DNA from: Paragordius varius
Taxonomy: Eukaryota > Animalia > Nematomorpha
Reading direction: 5' to 3'
Assembly: GCA_964247055.1 (NCBI GenBank)
Contig: OZ176050.1
Span: 8,246,001-8,310,000, forward strand
Length of the DNA: 64,000 bases
Below, in pieces: positions 55,001-64,000 of the stretch. Position numbers and translations under genes: made by a program. The notes beneath the pieces are model-generated. The model worked only from the letters and a program-made list of their open reading frames with translations, ran no database searches and had not been told where the DNA came from. Positions within the stretch are counted from its first letter, which is position 1; each line of letters opens with the position of its first letter.

Positions 55001-58000
55001 CAAAAGCCTCTAAAAATATATTTAACATAGACCTAAGATTACACCATTCAATACCGCAAACGTTTAAAAGCTTAAATCATAAAAAATATATTTTAACAAA
55101 ATGATGCTATATACAGTTAATGTTTAATAAGATTACTTTACAACCTAAAATAATAATAGTTTGATAAAATGAAGATTTCATAAGATTTAAATGTTACTTC
55201 AATCCATTATCAGTATCCGTATTTACAGATTGTGACTCGATTATATTCGTTGTGCCATTGTTTTCCAACAAAAAATAATTGGCTAAAAAGGTGTGAATGG
55301 CATTGCATAATTTCATGCGAAAATCGCTAAAACCCAATTTTCGCAACAGCTTTGTGGTAGCTGGTTTGGATAAATAATTGGTGGCCGTTTTATTTGTTCC
55401 ATTTTTTGAGTCTGTACTTTGTGAGCTTTCATCAATCTCCATTGATTGTGTTTCAGTATCGTTGATAAGGGGTGTGTTGTTGCAAGATGCCTCAATGATA
55501 CACGTATTAATATATGGGTATGAAACTAGGGCAAATCTTTGCGTAGATACTTCCAATGCTTTTTCCCAAAATAATTGAGCCGTATTACAAATTTCTACAT
55601 TGAATTTATCGGCTTCAAATATGGCAAATGGTCCTAAATCACGGACTCCGGTTAACACATCTTTTGCGGCAGATGTTTGATGGCTTAAAGGGGCACATAT
55701 ATAACCACAGCCAATTATAGACTTTTCTATGATGCAAAAGGCCCGTCTCATGTGTTCCTTATAACATGATGTACCCTTTGGATTATTATTTTTGTGTGAA
55801 AATTGTCCAATATAATTGATACATGGTTCAACATAAAGCTTAATTAGTGAATGTACAAAATGTAATCCTGTTTCGGTGGGAACGTTCCATTCTAATTCCA
55901 CCTAAACAAAAGGGTATAAAATATGAGATTTCAAATTAAATAAAAATTAATTTTGTATGTAATTTTACCGTAATAAAATTAAGAAAGTTATACCTCATTG
56001 AATTTATAAAGTTTGCTCCAAAGTTCGAAAGGTGCCTTAGATGTGCTATTATCCGGTTTAAAATCCTTTTGTTGAGTGATAAAATATTTCCAATCCACCG
56101 GGTTCAAATTTTTATAATCTTTGATGTATATTTTGGTCAGCGAAGACATAATGTTTGCCAACAAGTCAACAAATATTTCAAATATTTCGGTGGGTATTTC
56201 AAGGAAAGGGGATTTAGCATTGCTGATATCTTTCCCCAGAAGGTTAATCTGATAAAAAAATTGTGGATTTACAAAAAAAATAAAAATTTACCATAAATTT
56301 TATTAATAACTTATTTTAATAGAGTAATTAGTGTGAAATCCTAAAATTATGTTTGAAAATACTTTCAATCCCAAATCCAAAATATTAAGGAAATCATTTT
56401 CATACACCAAAAGGACTTGGGTACCAGTATTCTTTATAGTGTGAGATAACAGATGGGCATACCAGACAAGTTCTGGATCTTCTTTACGCTCATAATTATT
56501 ATTTGAATCTAAACAAGGATAAGAAATATTTCACATGCTAGTATAAATCCAAACTTATACCTTAAAACTAAACCTATAAATGGAAGGGAAAACCTGGGTT
56601 TATTTAATTTAAAAAGCATCAAAAAAAGTCATAACCGGATTTTAATATACAAAAAATACATAGGTTACAACTACATATAATACATTAACGGTTGATGTGT
56701 AAATTGTTTTAATCATTTCTTACTCTATAATTGGTGAATTTATATTCGAATCATAAGGGATTAATAATACATGCTAAATTATTATAACAGGAATATAATA
56801 TCAAGCAATAAGTTAAGCAGCCTGCAAAAGCACCTAATTCAAAGTCGTTTAGTTAAGAAGTTATTTAGTTAACGTGTAATCAAGATAATTTTAAATTAAA
56901 ATTTAATTTATAATCAAATCGATTATACTCGAGTATCCAGTGTTCAACAATTGTTTGACCCTTGCAATCAGATATGTAATTATAATCGGAAAACTAATTT
57001 CAACGTTGGAAATGCAAACACCAAGGCAGAGGTCTGCAACTATTTCAAGTGCTTGTTTTGACGAGTATAATATATCTAGGGTAAATATATATTTTAGTTT
57101 AATAATGTACTAAGTAATTATCGGAGTTAATTGCATTTAATCATTAGATTCCATCAATTCAATATAAATACTCTAACAAACATAATTTGATTTAAATAAA
57201 TATTACCAAAATATAAAATAGCATCGTAAAAAAATAATTTAACTCAACATAAACATGGTAATGTAAATACTTTTCAGACGTGTCAATACATATTCTACTG
57301 CCTCTTTGTATAGATCCGTGGAACAATGCCTAAGAACTGTTTCGATACCCCCTATATATAAAGGTTGTACATTAATGGGTAAATTTAATGAAAAAATACA
57401 TTTATTAAAACACAATTTTATAAATATTTACAATATTTAAAAAAAAATTTTAAACATATTTTAATCAATCTACTTTTTAATATATAATCTTTGGCTTCAT
57501 ATCGATAGATTTCGATACTGTATATATATTCAGTAATATCGAAAAAACATCAAACACAATATTTTAAAGTAGTAATATTAATTTATTTAATGAATAATTA
57601 TTCAGCTTTACCCCAGATTTATATATCTAACACTCTTTGTATTCAAGAAAAAACCCATTATATCCAAATTTAAAAATCAAACTCTCTAATATTCAAGAAA
57701 CCCATTACATTTGTCAGGGAAAATGACTGACTTTAAAAGTTATTATCAAAGATTCAGACAATGTAAAACTATGTAATATACCCATCATAGCTAAGCTTAA
57801 AGACGTTTCATCAGCATTCCTTAGAGTTTGAACGTTGGTACCTCCCTTAAGTTCTTCCATAGATTGGCCCGCCATGGTAGAGGTTGTCCCACCCGCTGAA
57901 ATAAAACCGCCATAATCAAACGATGAATTATCCAAACTGTCGGCAAGTTTAAAGCATTTATCCAACAGGTTGAATAAAAACGTGCGAAACATATCACTCG

Positions 58001-61000
58001 AAGCATGTACAAATTCAATCACCGTGCTAATAAATATAAATACAATGTAAAGATAGCTAATGTTTCAAGTAGGTGCAAAAGTTTGAGTTGATGGTTTAAG
58101 AATTACCCATCCCACCTTCTTTCCTAGTAACCCCGATTAAGGGAAAAAATACATAGCTCAATTAAAATGATATTTAATTAATATTCAGTTTTTTTAATAA
58201 TATATTATAATATTTTATATTCTAGAATATTTAATAAACATCCAAAAGTTATAATTAAACTACATTAATATAAAGAGCGCTTAAATGTTCTTCTTTATAA
58301 AATGAGAATGATAATAACCTGGAATGTTTATTCTCATCGTTGTGAAAGTATGGATGATTGGATAAATCGGCAATCGGTGTAAGGGAAGTGAGAGCTGATA
58401 TAAGCATGAGCGAAGCCATACTTTTAGGAGGGTCATTCGGATCGATCCCTACTACCGATTGGTTTAAAAGTTCAAAATATTGCCTTAAAATATTTTGACT
58501 AGCATCTAATATACATGAAAAAATCAGTTAAATATAGATCCTAACAGGCTTGGGTAAAATATCATCAACTTAAATTAGTCCTTAAAAATAAACACATATC
58601 AGCAAAAAACAAAGGTTTGATTTACAAAGCCGGCATACGTCCCATACTCCTGTATGGTAGCGAGACGTGGCCGATGACAGATTCAATCGAGAAAAAACTA
58701 ATGAACTTAGAAAAACGGATACTAAATTTATTCCAACCCAATAAGTCAAATTCAAATTTACATCAACTGAAATCGAACCTTTAAATGTCATGCTCAGAAA
58801 AAATAGGCTTAGATATTTCGGACACATCAAACGTGCTCCAGAATAATGGACAAATAAAATTTTATCCCTACATCCCGAAGGTTACAATCGCAGGGGCAGA
58901 CAAACATTTAACTGGGAAAAAACAATAAATAATGATTTAAGTGTTGCCAACATTGATGATAACGCCTGGCAGGATCGCAAATATTACAGACAGCTTCTAT
59001 ACGGATACAATGGCTAGCCATTACACAAAGACGATACGATATAAAAAGTTTCAAAATTAAGTTAAATTGGTAAATATATGATAGGTCATTTAAAAGCAAT
59101 GAATTCGTTAAATGCAATGATGGACCGTCAAAAATACAAATTATCAACTTGTTTAAAAATGTCATACCCATTATAAATAATTGGTATGTTTTGTAAAAAC
59201 CTTAATTAAAATTATGTCTGATTGATTTATTAACTAAAATGATTAATGTCGTATGTAAAACAAACCAATATCTCCAATATTCCAATCCTCAGTGTCGAAT
59301 TCTATCGAATTGCTTATGTTTAATACATTTTTTTCGGTTGTTGAGCTTTGAATTGGAGATGGAGGAGGACTTAACAAAATGCTACGAAGACATTTGGACA
59401 GAGGCAGGCAAATAATTGAGGCCGCAGCTAAACAAGATTTTAACCTGTGCGGTTCCAACACAATTTCAAATGCATTTGATATAGTGTTTAAAAGTTCAGG
59501 TAACATGAGATGTGGTGCGAAGGAAACAACTGTCTTAAGCGACACTTGTATGCTTCTACATAAAGAAAAAGGAGAAAGATAAATATATTGATTTAAAACA
59601 ATATTTGATTAATTTCAAATGTTTTCGAATTATCGCATTTAACCGAAAATATACCATTTATAATTCAAATTCACCCTAAAAATAAATTATTTGCTTTCAG
59701 GCTAATATAACTCATCATTAATATGAAATAAATTTTTACTACATAGTTGATTATTTTTTCAGCAGTATATTAATTTTAAACAGAATTTTGTATTTTAAAA
59801 ATATTAAAAAATAAAGGTAATTTTAATCTTAAAAAAACATTAATTATTTTAATTTTGAACTGTAAATGGTATACATATTTTTTTCTTTTAGTTCAAACCA
59901 CGAATGTCAACACAAATGGCTTCGCGGACCGGATTGATAAATTTAATCTTTATCTTATTTAGTAAAGCCAAATTTTGAAAGCGAAATATTTTCGAAATTA
60001 TCATTAAGGTTCAATGGAAGTCAACATTTTTTTATTCTTTTTAAACATTCTTTGGTAAAATTTCGCAATCCGAACAAAAAATCAATACAAGCCGTGTTTG
60101 CTAGACATTTCTCCATTAAAAGTATTTAAAAATTATACGCTAATAATTATAATTTAAAAATTTACCTGTAATGATGTTTGTCAAAAAGTAAAAGCATTAG
60201 AAGAGGTTTTACAGCTGCGACGAATGAAACAATCTGCGCATTAGTCAATCGTGCCTCAACCGGTACAGGTGTTTCCCATTTAAACTTTTTATTGCGTTCA
60301 TGATATAATCGGTTTTGCATGCACGTGACTAAAGAATTAATCAACTTGACTAGGGAACCTGTCCATTTACCTAACGAAAATAGAAAATCATAGAAAGATA
60401 ATTTAGATTAATTCAAATATTATATAGCTTTTAAATTCTCTAAAAACACTAATGTTAATACTGAGAACCATATATACATGTACCAAATTTATATTTTAAT
60501 ATTTTTGCGCTGTTAGAATATTGCACATAAAAATTGATGAAACTAAATTCCTAATTAAATTATTGATTGCGTTTATTAGAAAGCGTTCAATTTATAAATA
60601 GGATCATGAATAAATAAATTAAAATAATATTAAATTTATCAGTTTTTCTTCCAGAAAGAGAGCGTTTTTACTTGCCGATTACCTAATTAAAACGGTTTTC
60701 AGTGCAATTAACAATAAATGCAAATAAATTATTATACGTACACAAAATTTGATGATAAAACAAATCAACCATCTATATCAGTGGTACTCATCAAAATTTT
60801 TTTAAATTGCAGCATAAAACATTTTTCATGCCTCAAGGGCTATAATACCTATGTAAATTTCATTACCATTTGACACATTTGCAAAATGTTATACTCTAAA
60901 ACGTAAAACAATTTAATAAATGATTCAGGGCCATAAAAAAGCACTTTTAGGGCCGCGGCTTTAGCAACACTGATCATATCAGTAATACTCAAACCGCGGA

Positions 61001-62287
61001 CCACCAATGCGGCCCTAAAAGCGCTTATTTATTAAATTTTTTGGGGTACATCTTTTGAGTATAAACTACAAATATGTCAAAAACTATGAAATTTATCGAT
61101 ATTATATGGTGCACGGCCCTGTAAAATTTTTTGGCAAGTACCACCGATCTATATAGCTATACTAATTAAACGTTTCGAATGATACCTGCATTGGACGGAT
61201 GCAAATACGTTTCGATCGAATTTAACAGGGAGTTTAAACGCGTTTGGATATAATTTTCGTTATTTTGTGGCTGTTTGTAAGGATGTATTAGATTGTCACT
61301 GGGAATGCTATTTATTATCCATTTTGCAAAATCAAAAACAGGAAATTTGTAAAAAGTAGCAGATTTATGCGCTAAGGCAACACCCGATATGGGTAAATTC
61401 AATCCTGTCAAAAACTTTGAAAATAATATTTCTACCAATTTTTCAGACCAAACAATGCGACCAACATTGTGTTCAGATATTCGAGCAAAAAGAGCTATCA
61501 AATGTTTCTCCCAACATGGAAAGTTTTGATAAGATGCAAAAAGATTTACAAATGTAGCCAAAAAATTGTTAACTGGATTACCAGTATCAATAATTATAGG
61601 TAAGTCAGTGGTGTGCTTCGAGAAGACAATATTATCCAAAAAATCAGAATCATTCTTGAAAATTGACGGTAAAAATAGCTCCAACAAGTGCATATGTTGC
61701 TCAAAAATATGAATGTCATATGGATTCAAGATTGGTAGAAGTAGTTTGTATTTGTGACTATACCAAATATCCTTTTTAAAATATATGCGAGCATGTCGTA
61801 TAAGAATTTCCAAGTTACGACCAAAATTTTTAGGAAAATGTATGATTGAATACAAATTTTTATCATCATTTTCTCTATCAATGACGGTTAAATTATATAA
61901 CTTTAATAAGGGTTCGTGATCAAATACAATATCGGTATACTTTTCTATTAGCTCGTGTTTTTTCAATAACTCTATCAACAATAAAATGCATTCATGGATA
62001 ATGTCAAAATCTAATTCTGTCTCAACAGTTAATTTGTAATATAATTTAATTAAAGTTATATGGTCAGAATATGTAAATTTCCACCCATGTCTGATAATAT
62101 AAAGCCGCATTTGATGTGTCCAGTGAAGTAATCCTGGCCGAAAATTGCATTTGGAAATGGAGAGATAGATATTTTCTTTAATATGTTCAAAATGTTGCAA
62201 TAATTTTTTGTTTATTATTGGAAAATATGGAAGAAATTTATCAAATTTATTAGATTTTTGAAATTTCATTTCAAGCGAATTTAACAT
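46063..62287 (-). CDS. PSME4: Proteasome activator subunit 4 (PA200/Blm10), about 2660 aa, 25 exons
   Basis: Exons 5'->3': 61186-62287, 60166-60370, 59266-59555, 58319-58505, 57782-58026, 57271-57351, 56929-57075, 56363-56508, 55994-56248, 55227-55901 (3' boundary less certain), 54822-55009, 54463-54667, 53552-53770, 53179-53284, 52191-52380, 50205-51081, 49505-50120, 49246-49434, 48428-49159, 47977-48311, 47725-47869, 47483-47644, 46991-47248, 46307-46580, 46063-46222. Total 7989 nt, in frame. Motifs: [76 protein letters not shown], and the C-terminal LVSPNYYA* (HbYX motif). Confidence 0.95.
51725..51900 (+). mobile_element. RTE LINE fragment in PSME4 intron 15
   Basis: Reads [23 protein letters not shown]. 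Confidence 0.7.
58605..59040 (+). mobile_element. RTE LINE 3' fragment in PSME4 intron 3
   Basis: Reads [50 protein letters not shown]. Confidence 0.85.
60779..61146. mobile_element. hAT-type MITE in PSME4 intron 1
   Basis: TIRs CAGTGGTACTCATCAAAA / CGGTGGTACTTGCCAAAA and a perfect 8-bp TSD ATCTATAT (60771-60778 and 61147-61154). Confidence 0.85.
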
Positions 62288-62338
62288 CCGAAGATTTGCA
62301 TTATAAAATTAAACAACTGGTATAATTATAAGCGTCAT
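62288..62338. promoter_or_regulatory. 51-bp head-to-head spacer between the PSME4 and PAGR1-like start codons
   Basis: PSME4 ATG at 62287 (-) and PAGR1-like ATG at 62339 (+). Acceptor-like AG sites lie 6 nt (TTATAAG|CGTCAT ATG) and about 30 nt (TATACCAG|) upstream of the two ATGs. Confidence 0.6.
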
Positions 62339-62969
62339 ATGGATTCTGTGACCAACCCAATATTTTACTATCCCACTCCAGATAAAATTAAAGAATTATT
62401 TGGAAAATTAAATGACAAGGTAAAGTTAAATTAAATTTTCTAGAAACTTGAACTTAAATGGAAAACTCCCGGGCGCATTGATTTAAATGAAAAGCCCGTA
62501 GTAAAAAAGCAGCCAAAAAAGCATATCCACCGAAAACCCACAACGGCACATAATTTACAAAAACCTGACTTGTATGATGTAGACATTGATTCAAACAACG
62601 AAAAAGATGACCTTAAAAGTTTTAAATTTTGGCTTAAAAGCGAATATTAATATAATAATTATCAACGCAGCCTTTCCACAGAACAATGTAAAGATCGTAA
62701 TTTATGGAGGAAACTACTTCGTGGATACAAAACTCCGAATATGGAGTCCTAAAATTATCCATCCATCCATTTATTATTTTTCCTTTATAATTTTTAATTA
62801 AATTTAAAAATGCAAATTCAATCCCTCATCCATCTTATAAGTTTTATTTAATTTTATTTTAGCTATTACGTCTTCATCTAAAAAGGACAAGAAATTTTCC
62901 CCAACAAACTTTGATTCTGTTTTAAAGGATGTGATAAAACATAAAATATGGGACAAGGAAAAGATATGA
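62339..62969 (+). CDS. PAGR1: PAGR1/PA1-like protein, 120 aa, 3 exons (not in the ORF track)
   Basis: Exons 62339-62419, 62444-62618 and 62863-62969 join in phase: MDSVTNPIFYYPTPDKIKELFGKLNDK|KLELKWKTPGR..PDLYDVDID..|..TNFDSVLKDVIKHK..*. This matches the recalled PAGR1 pattern W-x-P-x-P-x-x-I-x-x-L-Y..LEL-x-W-K-x-P-G-R..FDFD..LDKVL-x-DM-x-RH. Family assignment is from memory. Confidence 0.68.
62620..62750 (+). mobile_element. Probable RTE 3' fragment in PAGR1-like intron 2
   Basis: Reads FKFWLKSEY*..CKDRNLWRKLLRGY, similar to [14 protein letters not shown] at about 58970-59010. Confidence 0.5.
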
Positions 62970-63294
62970 ATGTTATATAAATTAAGATTAAATGGGCATC
63001 ATGATCTCGCGAAGGTGAATATATTTACACTCTTGGATATTTTTAAACTAATTATGATTTTATTGTTTATATTTATTTAATAAATTTTATTACAAGGACC
63101 AAAATCTTTATATGAAAAAACAACTACACATAGCCTACTTTGGGTTTGATTGATTAAAAGAATCGTGGCTGACCGCTTTCACTCCATTACATTTTGTGGT
63201 AGTTTTATAACCCAGGGCGATTTCATTTTTGGATACTTTGATAAATATTTAAGATATTAAGCCGATTTTAAAAATATGCTTTATACAAACTATA

Positions 63295-63482
63295 TAGATA
63301 GGCATATTAGGAAAACAAGGACGTGGGCGGCCTAAAGCGAAATGCATAGACACATCAAAAAGAGAGCTAGCAGAATACGAGCTTAAAGCAGAAGACGCCA
63401 TAGATAGAGTATATGGCGAGACAGGTTGTATAACCTGACCGCTCTCACGAGTCAAAACATGTAATGTAATAATAATAATAAT
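63295..63482 (+). mobile_element. RTE LINE 3' end with a (TAA)n tail
   Basis: Reads GKQGRGRPKAKCIDTSKRELAEYE; terminus ACGAGTCAAAACATGTAATG(TAA)n is nearly identical to the terminus at 40741-40770. Confidence 0.85.
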
Positions 63483-64000
63483 ATAACAAAAAAAATTTCT
63501 TTAAATGTAAATTTGTGAAAAAATTCTCATCTCAAACTTTGCCGCCATTGCAACAGTCAAATAATGTATATTATTAGAAAATGAAAAAAATTAATTTAAA
63601 AAAGCGTTCAGGCTATATTTTACCACCAAAAATCGATATATTTTGATTTTCTCAGGTGTTTGTTTCAAGCGTGTTTTGGAGCTGTCCCAAGTTTAGGTTC
63701 TAGAAGTCACAAAACTGTAAAAAATATAATTTTTTTCTAATACATGAGAATTAAATTATAACTAAAATAACTTTTATAACTGTAGTTTATTTACAAAATT
63801 GAGCTTTGAGATGTAAAACTACCTCAAAGGGAAACACGTCATAAAATTTAAGAATTTCGAAATCAATTAAATAATATATTTTTCAGCGTGTTAATTATAA
63901 TTAGCAAAATCCGCGAACCTTATTATTTTAAATAATTTTTTTCGTAAACCCTAAATATTTTTAACCAATATATTTCGTATAGTTTTATTATAATTCTTAG

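Noticed and set aside
55025-55070. Possible PSME4 exon [13 protein letters not shown]
   Set aside because: No phase-compatible donor links it to 55009; the 55227->55009 join is in frame.
10542-59582. Many short ORF-track entries (for example 10542-10739, 17723-17911, 18208-18417, 20962-21147, 24127-24372, 31204-31434, 50697-50939, 55378-55578, 56069-56296, 59379-59582)
   Set aside because: They are antisense or off-frame to real ITPR or PSME4 exons, or AT-rich intronic noise with no recognisable motifs.

Overview
AT-rich, intron-rich eukaryotic DNA, almost certainly from an invertebrate animal; the species cannot be identified from the sequence. Splicing exons by hand (GT-AG boundaries, phase continuity, recalled homology) gives four host genes. 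(1) A testican/SPOCK (Drosophila Cow-like) secreted protein, + strand, 1655-6450. (2) A complete IP3 receptor, - strand, 37511 to about 8420, about 60 exons and 2980 aa. (3) A complete, enlarged proteasome activator PSME4/PA200, - strand, 62287-46063, 25 exons and about 2660 aa. (4) A 120-aa PAGR1-like gene, + strand, 62339-62969, absent from the ORF track, whose ATG is only 51 bp from the PSME4 ATG. The rest is mostly nested transposons: hAT elements with 8-bp TSDs, a CACTA-like element, a TTAA-specific piggyBac-like MITE family, RTE LINE fragments and a rearranged Ty3/Gypsy relic. The most unusual signals are 22-28-nt spliceosomal introns in an animal gene, a Gypsy copy that looks like a frozen aberrant reverse-transcription product (31-nt tRNA copy with a substitution at tRNA position 58), and the 51-bp head-to-head gene pair. 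No prokaryote-type system (CRISPR, operon, defence island) is present. All homology calls rest on recalled motifs, not database searches.
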